From: Escherichia coli
GTDB lineage: Bacteria; Pseudomonadota; Gammaproteobacteria; Enterobacterales; Enterobacteriaceae
Strand: one strand, 5' to 3'
Length of the DNA: 31,020 nucleotides
Assembly (NCBI RefSeq): GCF_003334315.1
Contig: NZ_QOWR01000054.1
Notes under the pieces: model-generated
Databases searched by the model: none
Told to the model about the DNA's origin: nothing
What the model saw: the letters and a program-made list of their open reading frames with translations, nothing else
Shown here: positions 8,552-22,705 of the stretch, in pieces
Numbering within the stretch: the first letter of the stretch is position 1
Layout: each line of letters opens with the position of its first letter
Position numbers and translations under genes: made by a program

Positions 8552-8593
8552 GTTGAGTTCTCAAATACGGAAATTATCCGCAGTTTACCTGAA

Positions 8594-9265
8594 TTAGGGC
8601 TGATTTGCTGTATAGCGCACGAACGCCGGACGTTCCGAGGCCACCGCGTCCGCCCAGCGCGTTGGCTCCGGCAGACGATAGCCTTTCATGCAGCGTTGTA
8701 CCCACGCCAGCGCGCTGTCCACGCTGACCCGATGGCCGGTAGCGATAAACAACGGGTTACAGCGCGCTTTGCTGCGCCAGACCCAGGCCAGCTGCTCGCC
8801 TTTATCCATCAGTGGGGCCAGCGCGCCCGGTTCGCTGGAGAGCGGTTCGAATTTACCGCAGAGCCGTTTTTTCGCCACGCCAATGGTCGGCACATCCACC
8901 AATAAGCCAAAATGGCTGGCGACGCCAAGACGGCGAGGATGCGAGATCCCATGACCATCGACAAACACTAAATCCGGCTTTTGCGACAGCATCTCCCACG
9001 CTGCCAGCAGCGCAGGATATTCGCGGAAGGAAAGAAAACCTGGAATGTAAGGCATGGTGGTGGCGATGCGGGCAACTTTATACTCCACCAGCTCAAGCGA
9101 GGGATATTTCAGCAGCACCATCGCCGCTCGCGTCACTTCTCCGCCCTGCTCAAACCCGACATCGGCTCCGGCGATCAGATCCGGTGGATCTTTATCGAGT
9201 CGATCCTCGCGGATCACAGAAGAAGCCAGTTCGATTTGTTGAGCGCGTAATGACGCGAGATCCAT
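8594..9265 (-). CDS. nfi: Endonuclease V (deoxyinosine 3' endonuclease)
   Basis: ORF-track frame 8594..9271; the likely true start is the ATG at 9263-9265 ([10 protein letters not shown]...) preceded by an AAGGAG RBS that overlaps the hemE stop. The track's longer start is a GTG two codons upstream. Confidence 0.9.
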
Positions 9266-9274
9266 AATCACTCC

Positions 9275-10339
9275 TTAGCGGTGATATTGTTCAGACAGTC
9301 GATGCACTGCCTCCACGAACACGCCAGCATGTTCTGGCGGCACATCCTGATGAATGCCGTGACCAAGGTTAAAGACATGACCTTCGCCGTGACCGAAACC
9401 TGCAAGTATAGTCGCTACTTCTTCTTCAATGCGGGCAGGCGGCGCGTACAGCATCGACGGATCCATATTACCCTGCAACGCGACTTTATTGCCCACACGG
9501 CGGCGCGCATCGGCGATATCCGTTGTCCAGTCGAGGCCCAACGCATCGCAACCGGTTTCTGCCATCGCTTCCAGCCACTGTCCGCCGCCTTTGGTAAACA
9601 GCGTGACCGGTACGCGGCGACCGTCGTTTTCACGCAGTAAACCATCAACAATTTTATGCATGTAATAGAGCGAGAACTGTTGATAATCGCGCCCGGTAAG
9701 CACACCGCCCCAGGTGTCGAAAATCATCACTGCCTGAGCACCGGCTTTAATCTGCGCATTCAGATACAAAGTGACGCTTTTCGCCAGTTTATCGAGTAGA
9801 GCGTGCAGCGCCTGCGGATCGGCATACATCATTTTTTTGATCACGGTGAAGGCTTTGCTGCTGCCGCCTTCCACCATGTAGGTTGCCAGCGTCCACGGGC
9901 TGCCGGAAAAACCAATCAGCGGCACTTCGCCTTTCAGTTCGCGACGAATGGTACGCACCGCGTTCATCACGTAACCCAGCTCATCTTCCGGGTCCGGAAT
10001 TGGCAGTTTATCGACGTCGGCTTTGCAGGTGACTGCCGAGGTAAAACGCGGACCTTCTCCGGCTTCAAAATAGAGCCCTAACCCCATCGCGTCCGGCACG
10101 GTGAGGATATCGGAAAAGAGGATCGCCGCATCCAGCGGGTAGCGACGCAGCGGTTGCAAAGTCACTTCGCACGCCAGCTCGGCGTTTTTGCACAGCGACA
10201 TAAAATCGCCCGCCTGGGCGCGCGTGGCTTTATATTCCGGTAGATAGCGACCCGCCTGGCGCATCATCCATACTGGAGTGACATCAACGGGCTGGCGCAG
10301 CAGCGCCCGCAGATAACGATCGTTTTTAAGTTCGGTCAT
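9275..10339 (-). CDS. hemE: Uroporphyrinogen decarboxylase
   Basis: 354-aa [39 protein letters not shown]..., the canonical URO-D N-terminal motif. Confidence 0.97.
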   Translation of the reverse strand: MTELKNDRYLRALLRQPVDVTPVWMMRQAGRYLPEYKATRAQAGDFMSLCKNAELACEVTLQPLRRYPLDAAILFSDILTVPDAMGLGLYFEAGEGPRFTSAVTCKADVDKLPIPDPEDELGYVMNAVRTIRRELKGEVPLIGFSGSPWTLATYMVEGGSSKAFTVIKKMMYADPQALHALLDKLAKSVTLYLNAQIKAGAQAVMIFDTWGGVLTGRDYQQFSLYYMHKIVDGLLRENDGRRVPVTLFTKGGGQWLEAMAETGCDALGLDWTTDIADARRRVGNKVALQGNMDPSMLYAPPARIEEEVATILAGFGHGEGHVFNLGHGIHQDVPPEHAGVFVEAVHRLSEQYHR

Positions 10340-10378
10340 TTTGGCTGTTCCTTAGTGCGTCAGGCGGTCAGTGTATCA

Positions 10379-11152
10379 TCACTCATACTCTGCCCGACAC
10401 ATCGCCACAGTATCTTCTATCAGACGGCGCGCTACGGTGCCGGGCGGCGGGAGTAACGGCAAATCGTCATAGCGATACCAGTTCGCCTCAAGCAATTCTT
10501 TCGGGTCGATCACGATGTCGCCGCTGTCATATTCCGCCATAAACGCGGTCATTAAAGACTGAGGAAACGGCCACGGCTGGGAAGTCACATAACGCAAGTT
10601 TTTAACTTTAATTCCGCTCTCTTCCATCACTTCCCGCGCGACCGCCTGCTCGAGGGTTTCGCCCACTTCGACGAATCCGGCAAGTACCGTATGGACACCG
10701 TTACGATGGCGGGTATGCTGGGCGAGGAGGATCGAATCATCGCGACGGATGGCAACAATAATGCAGGGGGCGATTTGCGGGTAGTAACGCTCACGGCAAT
10801 GGCTGCACAGCATCGCCCATTCGGTTTTGCTCGGATACATTTCATGCCCGCAGTAACCACAGTATTTATGCGATCGGTAAAACTCCGCCAGTTGTACGCC
10901 TCGTCCGGCCAGTTGAAACAGCCCAACATCGAGATCAATGACCTGACGTACCGACCCCATATCGTGACGCCGCTGCTGTTGTACTAACCAAACAGGTTCC
11001 CCCTGCCATTCGCCGATTTGTAGTGCGCGCTGACCCACAAGATCGAAATTTGCCGCTTCGCCATATGGCAATTCTCCCTTCGGCAACCATAATTTTTGTT
11101 CATGGCTGACGACCCACCAGCCGTGATCTAATTTTTCAATTATACGATCCAT
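10379..11152 (-). CDS. nudC: NADH pyrophosphatase (Nudix hydrolase)
   Basis: 257-aa ORF with a zinc-ribbon (CGYCGH...CSHC) and Nudix box ([22 protein letters not shown]). Confidence 0.95.
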
Positions 11153-11246
11153 AGATCTTGCACTACCTTTGCATCACTGGCATGTTTAACATGGTTTTTA
11201 CATTTCTCACTGAGCAGTTTTTGAATACAAACTTGCGGAGTCAATC

Positions 11247-11723
11247 ATGCTTAACCAGCTCGATAACCTGACGGAGCGCGTCAGAGGAAGTAACAAACTG
11301 GTTGATCGCTGGCTACATGTACGTAAGCATCTGCTCGTGGCTTACTACAATCTGGTTGGCATTAAGCCTGGCAAAGAATCGTACATGAGGCTAAACGAAA
11401 AAGCCCTTGATGATTTTTGTCAGAGCCTGGTCGATTACTTGTCTGCCGGACATTTCAGTATTTATGAGCGCATTCTTCATAAGCTGGAAGGCAACGGGCA
11501 ACTCGCGCGCGCCGCGAAGATTTGGCCGCAACTCGAAGCCAATACTCAACAGATTATGGATTACTACGATTCCAGTCTGGAAACCGCCATCGATCATGAT
11601 AATTACCTTGAGTTTCAACAGGTTTTATCTGACATCGGCGAGGCGCTGGAAGCGCGCTTTGTGCTGGAAGATAAGCTGATTCTGCTGGTGCTTGACGCCG
11701 CCCGCGTCAAACATCCTGCTTGA
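11247..11723 (+). CDS. rsd: Regulator of sigma D (anti-sigma-70 factor Rsd)
   Basis: 158-aa ORF MLNQLDNLTERVRGSNKLVDRWLHVRKHLLVAYYNLVG..., recognised as Rsd; divergent from nudC. Confidence 0.95.
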   Translation: MLNQLDNLTERVRGSNKLVDRWLHVRKHLLVAYYNLVGIKPGKESYMRLNEKALDDFCQSLVDYLSAGHFSIYERILHKLEGNGQLARAAKIWPQLEANTQQIMDYYDSSLETAIDHDNYLEFQQVLSDIGEALEARFVLEDKLILLVLDAARVKHPA

Positions 11724-11780
11724 GTTCTGCGCTGTTAACGCGTAATTTACATTCAACGCCCCGTTTGTGGGGGCTAATTT

Positions 11781-11865
11781 CTTGTCGGAGTGCCTTAACT
11801 GGCTGAGACCGTTTATTCGGGATCCGCGGAACCTGATCAGGCTAATACCTGCGAAGGGAACAAGA
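11781..11865 (+). promoter_or_regulatory. TPP riboswitch (thi-box) aptamer in the thiC leader
   Basis: Contains the conserved TPP-aptamer elements GGAGTGCC...CTGAGA...ACCTGATCAGGCTAATACCTGCGAAGGGAA with a closing P1 helix (CTTGTC...GAACAAG); about 90 nt of expression platform follows before the thiC ATG. Confidence 0.85.
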
Positions 11866-11953
11866 GTTAATCTGCTATCGCATCGCCTTTGCGGCGATCG
11901 TCTCTTGCTTCATCCGTCGTCTGACAAGCCACGTCCTTAACTTTTTGGAATGA

Positions 11954-13851
<1,898 letters not shown>

Positions 13852-13852
<1 letters not shown>

Positions 13853-14487
13853 TGTATCAGCCTGATTTTCCTCCTGTACCTTTTCGTTCAGGACTGTACC
13901 CGGTGGTGGACAGCGTACAGTGGATCGAACGTCTGTTGGATGCAGGCGTACGTACTCTCCAGCTACGCATCAAAGATCGGCGCGATGAAGAGGTGGAAGC
14001 CGATGTCGTGGCGGCAATTGCGCTGGGCCGCCGCTATAACGCGCGATTGTTTATCAACGATTACTGGCGGCTGGCGATCAAGCATCAGGCGTATGGCGTC
14101 CATTTGGGGCAGGAAGATTTGCAAGCCACCGATCTCAATGCCATCCGCGCGGCAGGCCTGCGGCTGGGCGTTTCGACACATGACGATATGGAAATCGACG
14201 TCGCGCTGGCAGCACGCCCCTCTTATATCGCGCTGGGACATGTGTTCCCGACGCAAACCAAACAGATGCCTTCTGCACCGCAGGGGCTGGAACAGCTGGC
14301 ACGGCATGTTGAGCGACTGGCGGATTATCCCACCGTGGCGATTGGCGGTATCAGTCTGGCACGCGCGCCTGCGGTGATAGCAACGGGTGTCGGCAGTATC
14401 GCCGTCGTCAGCGCCATTACTCAAGCCGCAGACTGGCGTTTGGCAACGGCACAGTTGCTGGAAATTGCAGGAGTTGGCGATGAATGA
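13852..14487 (+). CDS. thiE: Thiamine-phosphate synthase
   Basis: ORF-track frame 13849..14487 starts at a GTG; the ATG at 13852 ([11 protein letters not shown]..., 211 aa) overlaps the thiC stop as TGATG, typical translational coupling. Confidence 0.93.
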
Positions 14488-15235
14488 CCGTGACTTTATG
14501 CGTTATAGCCGCCAAATCCTGCTCGACGATATCGCTCTGGACGGGCAGCAAAAACTGCTCGACAGCCAGGTGCTGATTATCGGTCTGGGCGGGCTGGGTA
14601 CACCTGCTGCGCTGTACCTGGCGGGCGCTGGCGTCGGGACGCTGGTACTGGCAGATGACGACGATGTGCATTTAAGCAATCTGCAACGACAAATCCTCTT
14701 TACCACTGAAGATATCGATCGCCCGAAATCGCAGGTCAGCCAACAGCGACTGACACAGTTGAATCCCGACATTCAACTGACAGCATTACAACAACGGTTA
14801 ACGGGTGAGGCGTTAAAAGATGCGGTTGCACGGGCCGATGTGGTGCTCGACTGTACCGACAATATGGCGACTCGCCAGGAGATTAATGCCGCCTGCGTGG
14901 CACTCAACACGCCGCTTATCACCGCCAGCGCGGTCGGATTTGGCGGTCAGTTGATGGTACTGACGCCGCCCTGGGAGCAGGGGTGTTACCGCTGCCTGTG
15001 GCCAGATAACCAGGAGCCAGAACGCAACTGCCGCACGGCGGGCGTGGTTGGCCCGGTGGTCGGGGTTATGGGCACTTTGCAGGCACTGGAAGCCATTAAG
15101 TTATTAAGCGGTATAGAGACACCTGCGGGAGAACTCCGACTGTTCGACGGTAAATCGAGCCAGTGGCGCAGCCTGGCGTTGCGCCGCGCCAGTGGTTGCC
15201 CGGTATGCGGAGGAAGCAATGCAGATCCTGTTTAA
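14480..15235 (+). CDS. thiF: ThiS adenylyltransferase (E1-like, MoeB/ThiF family)
   Basis: The same frame is open from 14387, but the recognised protein starts [15 protein letters not shown] at the ATG at 14480, which overlaps the thiE stop (ATGAATGA); GLGGLG nucleotide-binding motif and C-terminal CxxC present. Confidence 0.93.
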
Positions 15236-15419
15236 CGATCAAGCGATGCAGTGCGCCGCCGGGCAAACTGTTCACGAACTACTGGAGCAACTCGACCAAC
15301 GACAAGCGGGCGCGGCTCTGGCGATTAATCAGCAAATCGTCCCGCGTGAGCAGTGGGCGCAACATATCGTGCAGGATGGCGACCAGATCCTGCTTTTTCA
15401 GGTTATTGCAGGGGGTTGA
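15219..15419 (+). CDS. thiS: Sulfur-carrier protein ThiS
   Basis: 66-aa [28 protein letters not shown]...LLFQVIAGG ending in the Gly-Gly needed for thiocarboxylation; GGAGGAAG RBS 5 nt upstream; overlaps the thiF 3' end. Confidence 0.93.
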
Positions 15420-15420
15420 A

Positions 15421-16191
15421 ATGTTACGTATTGCGGACAAAACGTTTGATTCACATCTGTTTACCGGCACAGGGAAATTCGCTTCTTCACAACTGATGGT
15501 GGAGGCGATCCGCGCTTCCGGCAGCCAGCTGGTGACACTGGCGATGAAACGTGTCGACTTGCGCCAGCACAACGACGCTATCCTCGAACCGCTTATCGCG
15601 GCGGGTGTGACCCTGCTGCCAAATACATCCGGGGCGAAAACAGCGGAAGAAGCCATTTTCGCCGCCCATCTGGCTCGTGAAGCGTTAGGCACAAACTGGT
15701 TAAAATTAGAGATTCACCCTGACGCCCGCTGGCTGTTGCCCGATCCCATCGAAACCCTGAAAGCCGCCGAAACGCTGGTACAACAGGGATTTGTCGTGCT
15801 GCCTTACTGCGGGGCCGATCCGGTATTGTGTAAACGTCTGGAAGAAGTCGGCTGTGCAGCGGTGATGCCGCTCGGCGCGCCGATTGGCTCGAATCAGGGA
15901 CTGGAAACCCGCGCCATGCTGGAGATTATTATCCAGCAGGCCACAGTGCCGGTGGTTGTCGATGCTGGCATCGGCGTTCCCAGCCATGCCGCGCAGGCGC
16001 TGGAAATGGGGGCCGACGCGGTGTTAGTGAATACGGCGATTGCCGTCGCGGACGATCCCGTCAACATGGCGAAGGCATTTCGTCTGGCGGTAGAAGCAGG
16101 CCTACTGGCACGTCAGTCCGGACCGGGCAGCCGCAGTTATTTTGCTCATGCCACCAGCCCGCTGACCGGATTTCTGGAGGCATCGGCATGA
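15421..16191 (+). CDS. thiG: Thiazole synthase
   Basis: 256-aa protein [20 protein letters not shown]... starting 1 nt after the thiS stop; the ORF-track frame extends further upstream but the ATG at 15421 matches the recognised ThiG start. Confidence 0.95.
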   Translation: MLRIADKTFDSHLFTGTGKFASSQLMVEAIRASGSQLVTLAMKRVDLRQHNDAILEPLIAAGVTLLPNTSGAKTAEEAIFAAHLAREALGTNWLKLEIHPDARWLLPDPIETLKAAETLVQQGFVVLPYCGADPVLCKRLEEVGCAAVMPLGAPIGSNQGLETRAMLEIIIQQATVPVVVDAGIGVPSHAAQALEMGADAVLVNTAIAVADDPVNMAKAFRLAVEAGLLARQSGPGSRSYFAHATSPLTGFLEASA

Positions 16192-17321
16192 AAACCTTCA
16201 GCGATCGCTGGCGACAACTGGACTGGGACGACATCCGCCTGCGTATCAACGGCAAAACGGCTGCTGACGTAGAGCGGGCGCTAAATGCCTCGCAACTCAC
16301 CCGCGACGACATGATGGCGCTGTTATCGCCTGCCGCCAGTGGCTATCTGGAACAACTGGCCCAACGGGCGCAGCGTCTGACCCGTCAGCGATTTGGCAAC
16401 ACAGTTAGTTTCTACGTCCCGCTTTATCTTTCCAATCTTTGCGCTAACGACTGCACGTACTGTGGATTTTCCATGAGTAATCGCATCAAGCGCAAAACGC
16501 TGGATGAAGCGGATATTGCCAGGGAAAGTGCCGCTATACGGGAGATGGGCTTTGAACATCTGCTGTTAGTCACTGGTGAACATCAGGCGAAAGTGGGGAT
16601 GGATTACTTTCGTCGTCATCTCCCTGCCCTTCGTGAACAGTTCTCTTCACTACAGATGGAAGTGCAACCGCTGGCGGAGACGGAATACGCCGAGTTAAAG
16701 CAACTTGGTCTGGATGGCGTGATGGTTTATCAGGAGACATATCACGAGGCGACTTATGCCCGCCATCATCTGAAAGGCAAAAAACAGGACTTCTTCTGGC
16801 GGCTGGAAACGCCGGATCGGCTGGGGCGTGCGGGGATTGATAAGATAGGCCTCGGCGCGCTAATTGGCCTTTCCGACAACTGGCGCGTTGACAGCTATAT
16901 GGTTGCCGAACATTTGCTATGGCTGCAACAGCATTACTGGCAAAGCCGTTACTCTGTCTCCTTTCCGCGCCTGCGCCCGTGTACTGGCGGCATTGAGCCT
17001 GCGTCGATTATGGATGAACGCCAGTTAGTGCAAACCATCTGCGCCTTCCGACTGCTTGCACCGGAGATTGAACTGTCACTCTCCACGCGGGAATCACCGT
17101 GGTTTCGCGATCGCGTTATTCCGCTGGCGATCAATAACGTCAGCGCCTTCTCGAAAACGCAGCCAGGTGGCTATGCCGATAATCACCCCGAGTTGGAGCA
17201 GTTCTCACCGCACGACGATCGCAGACCGGAAGCGGTTGCTGCCGCGTTAACCGCTCAGGGTTTGCAGCCGGTATGGAAAGACTGGGACAGCTATCTGGGA
17301 CGCGCCTCGCAAAGACTATGA
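16188..17321 (+). CDS. thiH: 2-iminoacetate synthase (tyrosine lyase, radical SAM)
   Basis: 377-aa ORF with the radical-SAM CxxxCxxC motif ([10 protein letters not shown]); start overlaps the thiG stop. Confidence 0.95.
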   Translation: MKTFSDRWRQLDWDDIRLRINGKTAADVERALNASQLTRDDMMALLSPAASGYLEQLAQRAQRLTRQRFGNTVSFYVPLYLSNLCANDCTYCGFSMSNRIKRKTLDEADIARESAAIREMGFEHLLLVTGEHQAKVGMDYFRRHLPALREQFSSLQMEVQPLAETEYAELKQLGLDGVMVYQETYHEATYARHHLKGKKQDFFWRLETPDRLGRAGIDKIGLGALIGLSDNWRVDSYMVAEHLLWLQQHYWQSRYSVSFPRLRPCTGGIEPASIMDERQLVQTICAFRLLAPEIELSLSTRESPWFRDRVIPLAINNVSAFSKTQPGGYADNHPELEQFSPHDDRRPEAVAAALTAQGLQPVWKDWDSYLGRASQRL

Positions 17322-17533
17322 GACGGAATGTAAGAACGTAAATTTATTCCGAGCCGCTACGGAAGATGAAAAACGCAAGGTTGTTGAAAGCGTTGTGTTT
17401 TTTTATGGTAGTGCCGTCAGCAGGAATGTTGTCCAGGGCGAAAAGCTTCTTCCTCGTTTCGCCCTGCCTTTCTTAAAAATTCCGTAATGCAAAGTCTGAA
17501 GCCATCGCCTGTTGAGCAATGAAAGAGATCTGA

Positions 17534-17562
17534 TTGTAAGAGAGTAAATACTCAACTATGAT
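17534..17562 (+). promoter_or_regulatory. Sigma-70-type promoter (TTGTAA, 17-bp spacer, TATGAT) for a small transcript
   Basis: -35 TTGTAA at 17534-17539, exactly 17 nt spacer, -10 TATGAT at 17557-17562; no protein-coding ORF follows before the terminator at about 17707-17739. Confidence 0.5.
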
Positions 17563-17568
17563 AGAGAC

Positions 17569-17739
17569 GAAAATAAGAACACATGTTCTCATCTTCCAGG
17601 ATGCAGCAGACTGAAGAAATTCAGACATCCCGCAACCTGCGATTATCGCAAGGTCAAGGCAAAGTCCGGTAATGGCGTTCTGAATACCAGAGATAATTCT
17701 CTGGCGAAACCCACCTTAGGTGGGTTTTGTTATTTTGAG
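17569..17739 (+). ncRNA. sroH: Candidate small RNA in the thiH-htrC intergenic region (position matches the E. coli sRNA SroH)
   Basis: A roughly 170-nt unit bounded by the promoter above and an intrinsic terminator; no ORF of meaningful size; a small RNA (SroH, about 160 nt) is described at this locus in E. coli. Ends are inferred, not mapped. Confidence 0.45.
17707..17739 (+). terminator. Rho-independent terminator (AAACCCACC-TTAG-GGTGGGTTT followed by a T-rich run)
   Basis: 9-bp perfect stem with a 4-nt loop followed by TGTTATTTT on the plus strand; it abuts the htrC stop on the opposite strand. Confidence 0.75.
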
Positions 17740-18269
17740 GGCTGAGGAAGCTGCTTATTTCTCAATAAGTTGTAGGCAATGGTGAAAAATTTCACTGATT
17801 TACCTTTCTGTTTTTCAGAAATGGGATAAGCGCTAGTTACATGCAAACGGAGTTTTTTCTTTTCCCTGAAAGCCCTGAACGCAACAAAGTAAAATGCCTT
17901 ATCTCCTCCGTCTAAGTCCACCTCAATCACGGCATAGCTACCATACCCGGCATGAATAACGTTGCTTTCTGGCAGCGCCAAAATAGTTCTTTTTAAGTGT
18001 GTGCGCGCTAAGTTATAACGGTGCTGGCAGAAGGGACGAGATTCTTTAGGCGCGTGGTACATTAACGATTGTTTTTCTTCGTTCGTCTGATGTTCATAAT
18101 CTTTTGTGAAGCAGTGAAGAGAGTAGGTAACCCAAAAGCGATACTCTAAAGGCTCTTTGCCCTCATGATGCTGAACGTAGACAGCCTGATGAGCATCAAG
18201 AAATGATAAATCACGAATATCACCATCCGGATGTCCAAAAGGTCGCCACTTTTCCACTTCCTGTTTCAT
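17730..18269 (-). CDS. htrC: Heat-shock protein HtrC (YjaZ)
   Basis: 179-aa ORF MKQEVEKWRPFGHPDGDIRDLSFLDAHQAVYVQHHEGKEPLEYRFWV..., recognised as HtrC/YjaZ, located downstream of rpoC. Confidence 0.9.
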   Translation of the reverse strand: MKQEVEKWRPFGHPDGDIRDLSFLDAHQAVYVQHHEGKEPLEYRFWVTYSLHCFTKDYEHQTNEEKQSLMYHAPKESRPFCQHRYNLARTHLKRTILALPESNVIHAGYGSYAVIEVDLDGGDKAFYFVAFRAFREKKKLRLHVTSAYPISEKQKGKSVKFFTIAYNLLRNKQLPQPSK

Positions 18270-18433
18270 TCTCGTTCCTTAAGAAAGTTACACAGGAATA
18301 GTATCGAATCCTTGCCGAGTTTGACTCAATTAGTTCAGTCAGTTTCAGGATATTAGTCATCTCTACATTGATTATGAGTATTCAGAAATTCCTTAAATAT
18401 TCTGACAAATGCTCTTTCCCTAAACTCCCCCCA

Positions 18434-18460
18434 TAAAAAAACCCGCCGAAGCGGGTTTTT
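18434..18460 (-). terminator. Rho-independent terminator of the rpoBC transcript
   Basis: On the minus strand AAAAACCCGC-TTCG-GCGGGTTTTTTT lies about 25 nt after the rpoC stop; GC-rich stem plus a run of 7 U. Confidence 0.85.
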
Positions 18461-18481
18461 ACGTTATTTGCGGATTAACGA

Positions 18482-21400
18482 TTACTCGTTATCAGAACCG
18501 CCCAGACCTGCGTTCAGCAGTTCTGCCAGGCTGGCAGATGCGTCTTCTGCAGTCACCTGCGGTGCAGCCGGAGCTTCACCCGCAGCACGGCGACGCATAC
18601 GATCCTGGTGGTACGCGTAACCGGTACCTGCCGGGATCAGACGACCCACGATAACGTTCTCTTTCAGGCCGCGCAGTTCGTCGCGTTTGCCCGCAACGGC
18701 TGCTTCGGTCAGCACGCGAGTGGTCTCCTGGAACGATGCCGCGGAGATGAAGGACTCGGTTGCCAGAGACGCTTTGGTGATACCCAGCAGATCGCGGGAG
18801 TAAGTTGCACCCACTTTGCCGTTCGCTTCCAGTTCGCGGTTTGCGATCTTGACGCGAGAGTATTCAACCTGTTCGCCTTCCAGGAAGTCGGAGCTACCCG
18901 CGTTAACGATGGTAGCTTTACGCAGCATCTGACGAACGATAACTTCGATGTGTTTATCGTTAATCTTAACGCCCTGCAGACGGTATACGTCCTGTACTTC
19001 GTTAACGATGTAACGAGTAACAGCATGAACACCACGCAGACGCAGAATGTCGTGCGGCGCTTCCGGACCGTCGGAAATTACGTCACCACGTTCTACACGT
19101 TCACCTTCGAACACGTTGAGCTGACGCCATTTCGGAATCATCTCTTCGTACGGATCGCTACCGTCTACCGGGGTGATAACCAGACGACGTTTACCTTTGG
19201 TTTCTTTACCGAAGGAAACGATACCGCTGATTTCAGCCAGGATTGCCGGCTCTTTCGGACGACGTGCTTCGAACAGGTCCGCAACGCGCGGCAGACCACC
19301 GGTGATGTCCTTGGTACCGCCGGATTCCTGCGGAATACGCGCCAGGGTGTCACCAGAGCTGATCTGTACGCCATCTTCCAGCTGAACAATCGCTTTACCC
19401 GGCAGGAAGTACTGCGCTGGCATATCGGTACCTGGGATCAGAACGTCGTTACCCTGAGCATCAACGATTTTCAGTGCCGGACGCAGATCTTTACCACCTG
19501 CGGTACGTTCTGCGGAATCCAGAACCACCAGCGAAGACAGACCGGTCAGTTCGTCGGTCTGACGCGTAATGGTCTGGCCGTCGATCATGTCAGTAAAGCG
19601 TACAAAACCGCTTACTTCGGTGATAACCGGCATGGTGTGCGGGTCCCAGTTTGCAACGGTTTCGCCGCCAGCAACCTGTTCGCCATCGCCTTTCGCCAGT
19701 ACCGCACCGTAAGGTACTTTGTAGCTTTCTTTAGTACGACCGAATTCGTCGATCAGTTTCAGTTCAGTATTACGGGAAGTGATAACCAGTTTACCGCTGG
19801 AGTTCACAACCGACTTCACGTTGCTGAGCTTGATGCTACCTTTGTTTTTCACTTGGATGCTGGATTCAGCAGCCGCACGAGATGCCGCACCACCGATGTG
19901 GAACGTACGCATGGTCAGCTGTGTACCCGGTTCACCGATGGACTGTGCCGCGATAACACCGATTGCTTCACCCTTGTTGATGATGTGGCCACGCGCCAGG
20001 TCACGACCGTAGCAGTGCGCACATACACCAAAGTCGGTGTCACAAGATACAACAGAACGTACTTTAACCGCGTCGACAGAGTTCTCTTCCAGCAGGTCAC
20101 ACCACTGTTCGTGCAGCAGCGTGTTGCGCGGAACGAGGATATCAGCAGTACCCGGCTTCAGAACGTCTTCAGCAGTTACACGACCCAGTACGCGATCGCG
20201 CAGCGGCTCTTTAACGTCACCACCCTCGATAACCGGAGTCATCATGATACCTTCATGGGTACCACAATCGTCTTCGGTAACCACCAGGTCCTGCGCCACG
20301 TCAACCAGACGACGAGTCAGGTAACCGGAGTTCGCAGTTTTCAGTGCGGTATCCGCCAGACCTTTACGAGCACCGTGGGTGGAGATGAAGTACTGGAGTA
20401 CGTTCAGACCTTCACGGAAGTTCGCGGTGATTGGCGTTTCGATGATGGAGCCATCCGGCTTCGCCATCAGACCACGCATACCAGCAAGCTGACGAATCTG
20501 TGCCGCAGAACCACGCGCACCGGAGTCGGCCATCATGTAGATGCTGTTGAAGGAAACCTGCTTCTCTTCCTGACCGTCACGGTTAATCACGGTTTCAGTT
20601 TGCAGGTTATCCATCATCGCTTTGGATACACGATCGTTCGCCGCAGCCCAGATATCGATAACTTTGTTGTAGCGTTCGCCCGCAGTTACCAGACCAGACT
20701 GGAACTGCTCCTGAATTTCAGCAACTTCTGCTTCTGCCTCGGAGATGATTTCGTGTTTCTTCTCCGGGATGACCATGTCATCGATACCAACAGATGCACC
20801 AGAACGCGCTGCATAGGCGAAGCCGGTGTACATGATCTGGTCCGCAAAAATAACGGTCGGTTTCAGACCGAGAATGCGGTAGCAGGTGTTCAGCATTTTG
20901 GAGATTGCTTTTTTACCCAGCGCCTGGTTGACGATGGAGTAAGGCAGACCTTTCGGTACAATCATCCACAGAATGGCACGGCCAACAGTCGTGTCTTTCA
21001 GGCTGGTTTTCGCTACTAATTCACCGTTAGCATCTTTTTCATACTCGGTGATACGCACTTTAACGCGCGCATGCAGAGAAGCCAGACCAGAGCGATACAG
21101 ACGTTCTGCTTCTTTCGGGCCAGTCAGCACCATGCCTTCGCCTTTGGCGTTAACACAGTCACGGGTCATGTAGTACAGACCCAGTACAACGTCCTGAGAC
21201 GGAACGATGATTGGTTCGCCGTTCGCCGGGGACAGGATGTTGTTGGTAGACATCATCAGCGCACGCGCTTCCAGCTGGGCTTCCAGCGTCAGCGGTACGT
21301 GAACAGCCATCTGGTCACCATCGAAGTCGGCGTTATATGCCGCACAAACCAGCGGGTGCAGCTGGATAGCTTTACCTTCGATCAGTACCGGTTCAAATGC

Positions 21401-22705
21401 CTGGATACCCAGACGGTGCAGAGTCGGTGCACGGTTCAGCAGTACCGGGTGTTCGCGGATAACTTCGTCCAGGATATCCCAAACGACAGCTTCTTCGCGC
21501 TCAACCATTTTCTTCGCAGCTTTAATGGTGGTAGCAAGACCACGCAGTTCCAGCTTGCCGTAGATGAACGGTTTGAACAGCTCCAGTGCCATTTTCTTCG
21601 GAAGACCGCACTGATGCAGACGCAGGTATGGACCTACGGTGATTACAGAACGACCGGAGTAGTCAACACGCTTACCGAGCAGGTTCTGACGGAAACGACC
21701 CTGTTTACCTTTGATCATGTCGGCCAAAGATTTCAGAGGACGCTTGTTAGAACCGGTGATCGCACGACCGCGACGACCGTTATCCAGCAGGGCGTCTACC
21801 GCTTCCTGCAGCATACGTTTTTCGTTACGTACGATGATGTCCGGCGCAGCCAGATCCAGCAGACGTTTCAGACGGTTGTTACGGTTAATGACGCGACGAT
21901 ACAGATCGTTCAGGTCAGAAGTCGCGAAACGACCACCATCCAGCGGAACCAGCGGACGCAGATCTGGCGGCAGTACCGGCAGAACGGTCAGGATCATCCA
22001 CTCTGGTTTGTTACCAGACTGAACGAACGCTTCCAGCAGTTTGATACGCTTGGTCAGCTTTTTACGCTTGGTTTCGGAGTTGGTTTCGTTCAGCTCTTCA
22101 CGCAGCTGTTCGCACTCTTGCTCCAGATCCATGCTCTTCAGCAGAGCCTGGATTGCTTCCGCCCCCATCTTCGCGTCGAATTCGTCACCGAACTCTTCCA
22201 GCGCGTCCAGATACTGCTCTTCAGTCAGGATCTGCTGACGTTCCAGGTTGGTCATACCGCCTTCGATAACCACATAGGATTCAAAGTACAGTACGCGTTC
22301 GATATCGCGCAGCGGCATATCGAGCAGCAGACCGATACGGGACGGCAGCGATTTCAGGAACCAGATGTGCGCAGTCGGGGAAGCCAGTTCGATGTGGCCC
22401 ATACGCTCACGGCGTACTTTAGTCTGGGTCACTTCAACGCCGCACTTCTCACAGATGACGCCACGGTGTTTCAGGCGCTTGTACTTACCGCACAGGCACT
22501 CGTAATCTTTTACCGGCCCAAAGATACGGGCGCAGAAAAGGCCGTCACGTTCTGGTTTGAACGTACGGTAGTTGATGGTTTCCGGCTTTTTAACTTCACC
22601 GAAAGACCATGAACGGATCATGTCTGGCGAAGCCAGAGCAATTTTGATCGCATCAAACTCTTCGGTTTTAGTCTGCGCTTTCAGAAACTTTAATAAATCT
22701 TTCAC
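18482..22705 (-). CDS. rpoC: DNA-directed RNA polymerase subunit beta'
   Basis: 1407-aa [67 protein letters not shown]... with the NADFDGD catalytic motif; the start codon is GTG (rc of 22703-22705). Confidence 0.99.

Noticed and set aside
17371-17405. Possible thiH terminator (AACGC...GCGTT followed by a T-run)
   Set aside because: The stem is only 5 bp with a 13-nt loop, too weak to call with confidence. The strong terminator at 17707-17739 is the better-supported 3' end for this region.
18608-22612. Long plus-strand ORFs (803 aa at 18608-21019 and 513 aa at 21071-22612) antisense to rpoC
   Set aside because: They are shadow frames of the rpoC coding sequence with low-complexity, Arg/Thr/Val-rich translations and no motif; rpoC on the minus strand is certain.
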